Positions 53,098-61,604 of a DNA stretch of 64,000 nt are shown one piece after another. Within the stretch, counting starts at the first letter, position 1. Each line of letters starts with the position of its first letter. The notes beneath the pieces were generated by a model. The model made no database searches. It had not been told where the DNA came from and saw nothing but the letters and a program-made list of their open reading frames with translations. This DNA is from Clostridia bacterium (lineage in GTDB: Bacteria > Bacillota > Clostridia > Oscillospirales > QAMX01). A program made the position numbers and the translations under genes. Location: contig JAFRWU010000039.1 of NCBI GenBank assembly GCA_017441705.1, positions 182 through 64,181 on the forward strand. The letters are read 5' to 3'.

Positions 53098-54600
53098 GTG
53101 TTTCTTACGCTGGAAATCGACCCCCGCCGGGTAAAGGGCGTACGCGACCCTATGCTCTACGGCCATTTCCTGGAGCATTTTCACCGCCAGGTCTACGGCG
53201 GCGTCTTCGATCCCGGAAATCCTCTTTCGGACGAGGACGGCTTCCGCACCGACGTGATCGAGGCTATGAAGAAGATCCGGGTCCCTGTGATCCGGTGGCC
53301 GGGCGGATGCTTCGTTTCCACGTATCACTGGACCGACGGCGTCGGGAAAGAGCGGACTCCGGTTTTTGACAAGACCTGGCGGGTGGAGGATCCCAACACC
53401 TTCGGCACCGATGAATTCGTGAAGCTTTGCCGGAAGATCGGATGCGAGCCCTATATCTGCACCAACGCCGGCACCGGATCCATCGAAGAGATGAGCGATT
53501 GGGTGGAATACTGCAATCTGCCTTCCGAAGGCCGGTTTGCGCGGATGCGGATCGCGAACGGCGCGCTGGAGCCCTATCGAGTGAAATACTGGAGCGTCGG
53601 CAACGAGAATTACGGCCATTGGGAGCTCGGCGCGAAAAGCGCCGGCGAGTGGGCGAGGCTCGTGGGCGAGGCGGCGAAGCTCATGCTTCATGTGGATCCC
53701 GCGATCGAGCTCTCGGCCGCGGCGCTGGCCGATCTCGACTGGACCTACGGGCTTCTCAAAAACTGCGGACAGTATCTGAAATGGATCTCTCTGCACCAGT
53801 ACTGGGACATGATGCCCGAAAAGCACGAGCCCGCGGATTACGAGGCGGCGATGGCCTATACCGACCGGATCGACCGGTCGGTGGAGATCGCCCGGGGGAT
53901 GCTGACCTCCCTCGGTCTGGAAAACAAGATCTCCATCGCCTTCGACGAGTGGAATCTTCGAAGCTGGCACCATCCCCGCGTGCACTCCTTCCCCTACGGC
54001 ACGGAAAAGGAATCGTATCTTTCTCCCCGGGACAAAAACGACGACAACCGCACCTATACCATGGCTGACGCGGTGTTTTCCGCCTGCTTCCTGAACGCCA
54101 TGAACCGGAACTGCGATCTGGTGCGGATGGCGAATTTCTCGCCGCTCGTGAATACCCGCGGCGCGATCATGACTTACCGGGACGGGATCGTGCTGCGCAG
54201 CACCTATCACGTGTTCGATCTCTTCGCGAATAAGCTGGGCGATAAGGTGGTGGACCTTTTCCACCCGGAACCGGCCCCCACGTGGCGCGTGAAGGGAAAG
54301 GATGGCGGAGAAAAGAAGGTCGGGACCCTCGACCTTCTGGCCACGGCCTGGAGCGACCGGAAGGGGATCGCCCTATCTGCGGTGAACAAGCATGCGCAGG
54401 AGGCGGCGGAGATCGTCCTCGCGCTTCCGGAGGAAGGCCGGCGCGCGACCCTTTACACGCTGAACGGTCCCGACAAGGATTCCTGCAACGATATCGGAAG
54501 GAACGAGGTGGGGATCACCGAAACCGATCTCGGCCTTTACCGGAAGGGTATGAAGATCACCCTTCCGCCTCACAGCGTCAACGTCCTGCAGATCGTCTGA
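53098..54600 (+). CDS. Alpha-L-arabinofuranosidase (GH51)
   Basis: …IRWPGGCFVSTYHW…YWSVGNENYG…. GTG start follows AAGGAGGAG. Confidence 0.88.
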   Translation: MFLTLEIDPRRVKGVRDPMLYGHFLEHFHRQVYGGVFDPGNPLSDEDGFRTDVIEAMKKIRVPVIRWPGGCFVSTYHWTDGVGKERTPVFDKTWRVEDPNTFGTDEFVKLCRKIGCEPYICTNAGTGSIEEMSDWVEYCNLPSEGRFARMRIANGALEPYRVKYWSVGNENYGHWELGAKSAGEWARLVGEAAKLMLHVDPAIELSAAALADLDWTYGLLKNCGQYLKWISLHQYWDMMPEKHEPADYEAAMAYTDRIDRSVEIARGMLTSLGLENKISIAFDEWNLRSWHHPRVHSFPYGTEKESYLSPRDKNDDNRTYTMADAVFSACFLNAMNRNCDLVRMANFSPLVNTRGAIMTYRDGIVLRSTYHVFDLFANKLGDKVVDLFHPEPAPTWRVKGKDGGEKKVGTLDLLATAWSDRKGIALSAVNKHAQEAAEIVLALPEEGRRATLYTLNGPDKDSCNDIGRNEVGITETDLGLYRKGMKITLPPHSVNVLQIV

Positions 54601-54614
54601 TCAGTGAAAGCTTC

Positions 54615-54656
54615 GGGAAGGCCGGGCGGATCGCCCGGCCTTCCCGTGTTGTGTTT
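54615..54656 (+). terminator. Intrinsic terminator of the GH51 gene
   Basis: A 14-bp stem GGGAAGGCCGGGCG-GAT-CGCCCGGCCTTCCC, followed by GTGTTGTGTTT. Confidence 0.75.
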
Positions 54657-54689
54657 CATGCCGGAAACGCAGGCGGACGTCAGGCGCCG

Positions 54690-55040
54690 CCTTCTCAAGG
54701 AGCCTTCCCCTCGGAGAGGCGCAGCACCCCAATGCCTTCCCCTCGAGGGGCGCGGGTCTCCGGTGGAGACCTTTGAGCGCAAGCTCAAAAGCGCCGACCG
54801 AGCCGACAGGCGAGACAGGTGGGTCCGAAGGACCCGGATGAGGTGGAAACGAGCGCTTTCTGCGATTTCAGCGAACCCTTGCCTGCGGTTTCAGCAGGCG
54901 TGGATCCTGTGTCCCCAAATCCGCAGCAGACAGACAAAACCGGCGCGGCCGCCATGGTCGTGCCGGTTTTGCGTTCTGCTGAACGGAAGCGGTCCTCTCG
55001 GGCGCCTTCCTTGCGGAGGAAGGGCGTCCTTTGTTTTTTG
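54690..55040. repeat. Modular palindromic intergenic repeat, copy B
   Basis: It contains GCCTTCCCCTCG(A/G)… units at ~54702 and ~54734. The 30-mer AGGTGGGTCCGAAGGACCCGGATGAGGTGG (54817-54846) is identical to 61120-61149. Hairpin terminators lie at ~54936-54975 and ~55001-55040. Confidence 0.7.
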
Positions 55041-55060
55041 ACGGGAGGATCTCCCGCCGC

Positions 55061-56770
55061 TCACCCGATCTTTTTGTAAACCGGGATATTCCCGGTGGTG
55101 ACGGTGAATCTTCCGGCGGGAACGCTCTCGCCGGTGAAGAAATCGACCCATTTTCCCGCGGGGAGATAAACCTCGCGCGTGTCGCTCTCGGTCCCGATGA
55201 TCGGCGCCACCAGAAGATCGTCCGTGAAATAGTATTCGTCGTCGATCGCGTAGGTCTCGGGATCGTCGGTGTGTTCCATCACCAGCGCCCGGATCGGCGG
55301 TACGCCGGTCGCGCGGTAACGGTCGAAGGCCGATTTGATCTTCGGGATCAGCTTTTCGCGGAGCGTCAGGATCTCCCGGACCTCTTCCACGCAGTCGAAG
55401 TCCACCCAGGGGATCTTCGGGCAGCTCCAGGCGTTGATCAGACACTGCGGGGAAAACACCACGGTCTGCAGTCTCCGGATAAGCTCCTTTTTGCTCCCGA
55501 CGCCGCGCATCTCCGGCGCCCAGAGAAGCCCGGAAAAGCCGGAATTCACCAGCGCCCGCACGAATCCCCTGTGATCGTAAAGATCGGAATACAGGACGAA
55601 GGGGTAAGGGGCTGCCAGGGCGCCCATGCTCCGGATCTCCGACAGGGTGGGCTGATAATCCAGCGCCTCGTGCATGGCTTTCGCGTAAAGGACGCCGAAA
55701 AGGTTGTGATACTGCTCGCCGTCAAGGCCGGAGGGGAAGGAGGCGTGGTTCGGGAAGGACCATCCGCCGGTGTTGTCGCTGCCGTCGCATTCGTCGGCCT
55801 TGAAGCCGTCGACGCCGATCCTCGTCAGGTTCTTCTGGAAATCGGCGAAGATGCGCCGCGCTTCCGGCAGGGCGAAGTCGGGCACGAGGCCGCGGAAGGT
55901 GGTATAATCGCCGGAGAGCGGCTTCAGCTCGTCGTAGATCGGGCAGGTGGGGTAGACGTAGGCGTGCTCCCAGAGATTCACGTGGAAATTCATTTCCTTC
56001 AGCCGCGCGACGAATCCCGCGGGATCGGGGAATTTCTCGGGATCCCACACGTAGGTGCAGGCGTAGGCGTGGGTCTGCCATCCCGGCTCCACGCCGATGA
56101 TGTCGCAGGGGATCTCGTTTTCCCGCATGTATCCCGCCACTTCCAGGATCTGTTCCGCGGAGTACCGGCCGTTGCACCGGTAGAGCACGCCGAGCGCCCA
56201 GGAGGGCACCTCCGGACCGCCGCCGGAGGCCATGTTGTACTGGGCGACGATGTCGCGGATGCTTTCGCCCTCGATCACGTAGAGGTCGACGCCCTCTGTG
56301 TGCGGGATGAAGATCGAGACGTAGGTGTTTTCCGCGGCCATACGGGCGGCGTAAAGATCGTCGGTGGAAAGCTTCACGGTGTAATTCTCGTCCGGCGCGA
56401 AGCTGTCTCCGGGCTTCTGGGCGCCGAAATAGATCTCCGCGTACCGTGCGGTGTCCAGGAAAACGCCGTACCCCTTGTTCGTGACGAAGAAGGGCACCGG
56501 AGCGTGGCTCTCGCCGTTCGGAGTCTTGGGATCGGCGTTCGTGCGCAGGGTCAGCTTGTGCCCCGCGTGGTCGAATTCCCAGATCTGCAGACCGCACCCG
56601 TAAAAATGCGTGTCCGGCTCCGCGGGGTACTCGAGAAGCACGCCGCCGCGGATCTTTTTGAAGACGATCTTTGTTTCATCGAAGGAGACCGGCGTCTCTT
56701 CAAAGGAAAACTTATCCGAAAAACGCGTGGGGACCAGGGGCTCCGGGGTGCCGAAGGTGATCTTTTTCAT
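55061..56770 (-). CDS. GH31 glycoside hydrolase (alpha-xylosidase/alpha-glucosidase-like)
   Basis: …GVDGFKADECDG…, WEHAYVYP and similar motifs. Start at ATG 56770 (MKKITFGTPEP…). Confidence 0.8.
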   Translation of the reverse strand: MKKITFGTPEPLVPTRFSDKFSFEETPVSFDETKIVFKKIRGGVLLEYPAEPDTHFYGCGLQIWEFDHAGHKLTLRTNADPKTPNGESHAPVPFFVTNKGYGVFLDTARYAEIYFGAQKPGDSFAPDENYTVKLSTDDLYAARMAAENTYVSIFIPHTEGVDLYVIEGESIRDIVAQYNMASGGGPEVPSWALGVLYRCNGRYSAEQILEVAGYMRENEIPCDIIGVEPGWQTHAYACTYVWDPEKFPDPAGFVARLKEMNFHVNLWEHAYVYPTCPIYDELKPLSGDYTTFRGLVPDFALPEARRIFADFQKNLTRIGVDGFKADECDGSDNTGGWSFPNHASFPSGLDGEQYHNLFGVLYAKAMHEALDYQPTLSEIRSMGALAAPYPFVLYSDLYDHRGFVRALVNSGFSGLLWAPEMRGVGSKKELIRRLQTVVFSPQCLINAWSCPKIPWVDFDCVEEVREILTLREKLIPKIKSAFDRYRATGVPPIRALVMEHTDDPETYAIDDEYYFTDDLLVAPIIGTESDTREVYLPAGKWVDFFTGESVPAGRFTVTTGNIPVYKKIG

Positions 56771-56856
56771 AAAACGAACTCCTTTTCCGCTGAATCGGTC
56801 AAAAGCGCACGAGCGGTGAGGGAACCGGCTGCGGCCGGTTCCCTCACCGCTCTTTT

Positions 56857-58821
56857 TCAAATCTCTTTGCCGAGGATCCTCGCGCCTTTTACGAGGCGCC
56901 TGGAAGATACGTATTCGTTTTTGCCGGGGCAGAGGGGATAGAAGCCGAGCACGGCGAAGATGAACCACGCGGAAGTAGTGCCGTTGTCCTCATCGCCCGG
57001 ATATCCGCCATCGTCGGGGCCAAAGCCCTCACGCGCGAGCTTTTCCACCCAGAAATCGGTCTTTTCCTGCGCGCCGAGCGCCGCGAACAGCCAGGGCAGA
57101 TGGAAGGAGGGCTGATTGGAAATGGCGCACTGGCCGAAGTCGGCCGCCGCCATCTCGGTCATCTCGTGGATCTCGTTCCGGTAACCGAAGACGCGGTAAC
57201 GGGGAGGAGTCGCGAAAAGCTCGTCCAGCTTCCGGATCAGCCTGTCCTTCCCGCCGTGAAGAGCGGCGAGCCCTTCCACGTCGTGCGGCACGGCGAAGGA
57301 ATTCTGCCAGGCGGAGCCTTCGGTATATTCGCCGCCCCAGGAGACGGGATCGAAGAAATCGGCCGTCTTGCCTTTCCGGTCGCGCCCGCGCATGAAGCCC
57401 GAGGCGGGATCGAAGATGTTTTTGTGGTTTTTTGCGCGGCGCAGGTATTCCGGGACCAGCTCGTCTTTGCCGAGCACGCGCGCGACCTGGGCGATGCACC
57501 AGTCGCCGTAGGCGGCGTCCTGGGTCAGGTTGACCGATTCCCGCTCCTCGTCCCGGGGCACATAACCGAGCTCCTTGTACGCAAGGACGCCGTTCCGGCC
57601 GTAGCGCGGATCCCCGGCGGCGCAGTTCGCGTGATGCAGCATGCCGGCAAGCGCCCGTTCCCAGAGGGCGGGGGTGCCGATCCCCTTGACCGCGGCATCG
57701 GCGATCACCGCGTCGATCAGGGTGCTGGGCATGCATCCCACCTCGCCCAGCGACGGCCAGCGCGGAAGCCACCCGCATTCCTCGTAATCGTTGACGAAGC
57801 CCTCGAGCATTTCGGCGTATTCGTTCCGGGCGATCAGGGCGAAAAGCGGATAGACCGTGCGGTAAGTATCCCAGAAGCCGTTGTCGGTATACCGGACCCC
57901 CGGCCCGGTTTTGCCGGTGGCCGGTATGTAATGGACCGGATTTCCGGCCGCGTCCCGCTCGTAGGCCTTGTGGGGGAACAGGAAGACGCGGTAGAGGCAG
58001 GAATAGAAGGTGCGCATCTGCCGCTCGTCCTCCGGCTCGATCTCGATCCTGTGAAGTCTTTCCTCCCAGATCTCTTCGGCGGCAGATCTCGCCTCGTCGA
58101 AGGTCAGGGAACCGGTCTCCCTCTCCAGAGTCCGGAGCGCCGTTTCCTCGTCGATATAGGAGATTGCAAGGCGGAATTCCACGCGCTTTTCGGCGAGGGC
58201 AAGATGGAAGATCCCGTCTTTTCCCTCGTTTGCCGCCCGGGTGCGCGCGTGATCCACGCTCCCGCGCGGGAATCGGAGGACGAAATGCATCCGGAAATCC
58301 ACGGCGATGTCCTGGGAATGACCGTCGGTCGTGCCGAAGAGCGTGTCGCTTTCCTCATCGAACCGGTAGGTATACTTCCCCAGCGTGGGGAAGAAGGAGA
58401 GAAAAGACGGCCGGTCGTCGTGGAAGGTCAGACGCAGAAGACCGCCCCGCTCGACGGGAGTTACTTCAAAGTCGGAATCGGAGCGCAGGAAGGTGACCTT
58501 CAGATAATCGGGGCGCAGGATCGAATTCTGCGTCCGGCAGCCGGACCACGCATCCTTCGGATCGTCGGCGATCACGTCGTTCTGCGGGGTCATCAGGAAG
58601 GTGCCGTAGTCGGCGATCCAGGGACTCGGCTGATGGGTCAGGCGCACGCCCTCCAGGTAGGGATGATCGGGGTGATAAAACCAGGAATCGTTCCCCTCGG
58701 TCTGCGGCGCAAAGGCGGCCATGGCGAAGGGGAGCTGGGTCAGAGGAAGGGTGTTGCCTTTGGAAAAGCGCTTGACCGACCGGGTGCCCATCTTGATGTT
58801 GACGAAGGGAAGGTATTTCAT
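56857..58821 (-). CDS. GH92 alpha-mannosidase family protein
   Basis: MKYLPFVNIKMGTRS…TQLPFAMAAFAPQT…HQPSPWIADYG… is the typical GH92 N-terminus. Confidence 0.85.
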   Translation of the reverse strand: MKYLPFVNIKMGTRSVKRFSKGNTLPLTQLPFAMAAFAPQTEGNDSWFYHPDHPYLEGVRLTHQPSPWIADYGTFLMTPQNDVIADDPKDAWSGCRTQNSILRPDYLKVTFLRSDSDFEVTPVERGGLLRLTFHDDRPSFLSFFPTLGKYTYRFDEESDTLFGTTDGHSQDIAVDFRMHFVLRFPRGSVDHARTRAANEGKDGIFHLALAEKRVEFRLAISYIDEETALRTLERETGSLTFDEARSAAEEIWEERLHRIEIEPEDERQMRTFYSCLYRVFLFPHKAYERDAAGNPVHYIPATGKTGPGVRYTDNGFWDTYRTVYPLFALIARNEYAEMLEGFVNDYEECGWLPRWPSLGEVGCMPSTLIDAVIADAAVKGIGTPALWERALAGMLHHANCAAGDPRYGRNGVLAYKELGYVPRDEERESVNLTQDAAYGDWCIAQVARVLGKDELVPEYLRRAKNHKNIFDPASGFMRGRDRKGKTADFFDPVSWGGEYTEGSAWQNSFAVPHDVEGLAALHGGKDRLIRKLDELFATPPRYRVFGYRNEIHEMTEMAAADFGQCAISNQPSFHLPWLFAALGAQEKTDFWVEKLAREGFGPDDGGYPGDEDNGTTSAWFIFAVLGFYPLCPGKNEYVSSRRLVKGARILGKEI

Positions 58822-58855
58822 AGACGCCTCCTTGCGGATGCGGCTTCAGTCGCCG

Positions 58856-59713
58856 CTATTTCGCCGTTTTGACGGTATATTCGCTGACGCCGGGGACGGT
58901 CTCGCCGTCGATCTGGAGCGCGGTGGGGCGGTCAAAGGAAACGGTGATCTCCCTGCCCTCCGTCACGCTGACGAATTTTTCATGCTTTACGTGTTCGCCC
59001 TTGAAAAGCGAGGGAAAGATCATCAGGGTTTTGAGCTTTCCGCTTCCGTGCATCACCATCACGGAGACCTTCGGGTCGTCCGACAAGCGCATCTGACGGG
59101 GAGTCGGCATCATGCCGCCGCCGTAAAACCGCCCGTTCATCGTAGGGGCGAGCCAGGCCTTTTCGAAGACCTGCGTCTTCCCGTCCGCCGTGACGGTCGC
59201 ACGGGTCGGCTTGTAGTGGAAGAGCAGACCCTTGATGGCGATGGAGGCGTAATTGACCGGCTTGTCGCTGGTCTCGCGCAGTTTGTCGCCCACCTCGCAG
59301 CAGTATCCGTCGATGCCGTAGCCGACGCCGTTGAGGAACCGCCTGGTCTTCCCGAGGCAGGTGACGGTGGGCAAATTTTTGAGATAGCGGCTGATCTCCT
59401 GAGGTCCGGAGCCTTCGGGAAGCTCCAGATCGTGCCAGAAGTCGTTGCCGCTTCCGGTGGGATAGTAGCAGATCTTTTCGGGAAGAACGAGACCCTCGGT
59501 ATCGTTCACGAAGCGGTTCAGGGTGCCGTCGCCGCCTGTGAGGATCAGCTCGTCTTCGGGAGTGAGGGATGCGAAGAAATCGGCGTAGGAATCGATCTTT
59601 GCCATGTCCAGGAAAACCGTTTCGCCGTCGGTCCAGCGGGAACGAAGGCTTTCGGCCCGTTCCTTGCCGGCGCCGTTGCCGGCCAGAACGTTATAGAGCA
59701 CGGTCCGTTTCAT
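58856..59713 (-). CDS. Diacylglycerol/lipid kinase family protein (YegS-like)
   Basis: …ELILTGGDGTLNRFVN… (DAGK catalytic GGDGT motif). Confidence 0.82.
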   Translation of the reverse strand: MKRTVLYNVLAGNGAGKERAESLRSRWTDGETVFLDMAKIDSYADFFASLTPEDELILTGGDGTLNRFVNDTEGLVLPEKICYYPTGSGNDFWHDLELPEGSGPQEISRYLKNLPTVTCLGKTRRFLNGVGYGIDGYCCEVGDKLRETSDKPVNYASIAIKGLLFHYKPTRATVTADGKTQVFEKAWLAPTMNGRFYGGGMMPTPRQMRLSDDPKVSVMVMHGSGKLKTLMIFPSLFKGEHVKHEKFVSVTEGREITVSFDRPTALQIDGETVPGVSEYTVKTAK

Positions 59714-59944
59714 ATGCTACATCTTCTTTTCATCCGGTCGTCCGGCGCGCCTGAAAGAAGGAAGCGGCAAAGCCTTTTCCGCCTTTTCTTCACGGCCGGA
59801 AGCCGGTCTTTACCGGAAAATTCTACCACGGGTGCAGAAAAATGTCAAGAAACGTCGGAGACGGCAAGGAGAGAGGAACCATCCGGGGAAACCGCGCATA
59901 CAATAAAGAAAACGGAGCGATTCCGGGAAAAAGGAGAGATCGGT

Positions 59945-60991
59945 ATGCCGGAGCGCGCGATCGGCGCGGGAAGAGAAAAGGCGGAAAAAAAGGTCCGGAT
60001 CATGCTGGATGCGGGACACGCGGGGACCCGCTGGAACAAGGGCGCCGAGGAAGGATATTACGAATCGGCGGTCGTGTGGGCGCTTCAGGAAAAGCTGGCC
60101 GCGGAACTGGAACGGCGCGGCTTCGCCGTGGGAAAAACACGGAAAAGCATTGGGGAAAAGATGGACGTCGTGGCGCGGGGAAAGGCGGCGAAGGGATATG
60201 ATTTCCTCCTGTCGCTCCACACCAACAGCGCCTCCGACAAAAAGGTCCGCCGGGTGGCCTGCATCTATCAGGTGCCGGACGACCGCGGCGGATTTGCCGA
60301 GGTCTCGCGGGAAGCGGCCGACAATCTTTCGCCCGCCATCGCCGACGCCATGGGGATCCCGCCCGACCCGGGCTCGGCGCTCCGGTGGAAAAACTACGAC
60401 CGCCTCGCGTCGTCCGACCGGGACGGCGACGGCAGGAAAAACGACAACTATTACGGGATCCTGCACGGCGCGCGGCTGGTGGGCGTCCCGGCGGTGATCG
60501 CGGAGCACAGCTTCCATTCCAATCCCGAAACCTGCCGCTGGCTGATGGAGGAGGAGAATCTCGGAAAGCTTGCCGCGGCGGAGGCCGACGCCCTGACCGT
60601 GTTTTTCGGGGTGACGCCGCCGAAGGAGACGACCTACAGGGTCCGGAAGGGCGACACCCCCGAAAAGATCGCGCGCCTGTTCGGGATCACGCCGGAGGCC
60701 CTGATCGCGGCGAATATCCGGAAGCATCCCTCCATGACCATCGACTATATCCGCACCGGCTGGGTGCTTGTGATCCCGCCGGCGGCGGAATTCGTCCCCT
60801 TCAAGGTGCGCGTGACCGCCAGAGCCGGCCTGAACGTCCGGACCGGGCCGGGCCTTTCTTTTTCAAAACGCGGCGCGCTGTCCTGCGGGGCGAGGACCAC
60901 GGTCCGGGAGGAAAAGAACGGCTGGGGCAGGATCCTCTGGAAAAAGGAACCCGGATGGATCTCGCTGGAATACGTCAAAAGGATCGATTGA
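59945..60991 (+). CDS. N-acetylmuramoyl-L-alanine amidase (Amidase_3) with LysM and SH3b-like domains
   Basis: IMLDAGHAG…LSLHTNS…AEHSFHSN, then LysM (YRVRKGDTPEKIARLFGITPEALIAAN) and a C-terminal SH3-like region (…NVRTGPG…GWGRILW…GWISLEYV). ATG 59945 follows AAAGGAGAG. Confidence 0.85.
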   Translation: MPERAIGAGREKAEKKVRIMLDAGHAGTRWNKGAEEGYYESAVVWALQEKLAAELERRGFAVGKTRKSIGEKMDVVARGKAAKGYDFLLSLHTNSASDKKVRRVACIYQVPDDRGGFAEVSREAADNLSPAIADAMGIPPDPGSALRWKNYDRLASSDRDGDGRKNDNYYGILHGARLVGVPAVIAEHSFHSNPETCRWLMEEENLGKLAAAEADALTVFFGVTPPKETTYRVRKGDTPEKIARLFGITPEALIAANIRKHPSMTIDYIRTGWVLVIPPAAEFVPFKVRVTARAGLNVRTGPGLSFSKRGALSCGARTTVREEKNGWGRILWKKEPGWISLEYVKRID

Positions 60992-61002
60992 GCAAAAAGG
61001 CG

Positions 61003-61585
61003 CCGGAAGGGAGGCGCTTCGTAAGGAAGTTGCCTCTTTCTCATTTTGAGGGGCGCGGGTCTCCAAGGCCTTCCCCTTCGAGGGGCGCGGGTACCCCAAA
61101 GCCTTCCCCTTCGAGGGGAAGGTGGGTCCGAAGGACCCGGATGAGGTGGGACCCCGATGTCTGCTCCGTCCCCGGCGAACGCGGAAAACGCAATACCACC
61201 TCGTCAGTCAGCTTACGCTGACAGCTGTCTCGCTGCGGCTCGGTCACGACGCGGCTCTGACATGCCCCCGGCATGTCATTCACTCCCGCGTCGCCGCTTC
61301 GCGTCCCTCTAGGGGAAGCCCTCATTGGGGAAGCCCCCCATCCTCGTTCCCCAAAGCCTTCCCTCCTTGATGGGAAGGTGGCTCGGCGTCAGCCGAAACG
61401 GATGAGGTGGAGACGCACCTCTGTCCGCGGTCTTAACGAGCATCGGATTCTGCACCAAAGAATCCAAAAGACAAAACCGGCGTGGCCGTTACGGTCACGC
61501 CGGTTTCCTGTTCTTTTGAGCCGAGAATTGCTGCCTCAAAGTAGCTTCTTTACGGAGGACGCCCGAAATTCCTCCGGCGCCTGCG
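61003..61585. repeat. Modular palindromic intergenic repeat, copy C
   Basis: It shares with copy A the 5' module (61003-61049 vs 34415-34459) and the 126-nt 3' block (61399-61524 vs 34734-34859). It carries tandem GCCTTCCCCTTCGAGGGG units at 61049-61120. Terminal inverted 9-mer: GGCGCCGGA (60999-61007) and TCCGGCGCC (61573-61581). Confidence 0.75.
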
Positions 61586-61604
61586 GCTTCCCGCGGGAAG
61601 CCGC

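Noticed and set aside
61040-61125. A CRISPR-like array suggested by the tandem GCCTTCCCCTTCGAGGGG… units.
   Set aside because: There are only about three units of ~33 nt with essentially no unique spacers. The units are palindromic, they recur as modules of a dispersed repeat family, and no cas genes are present.
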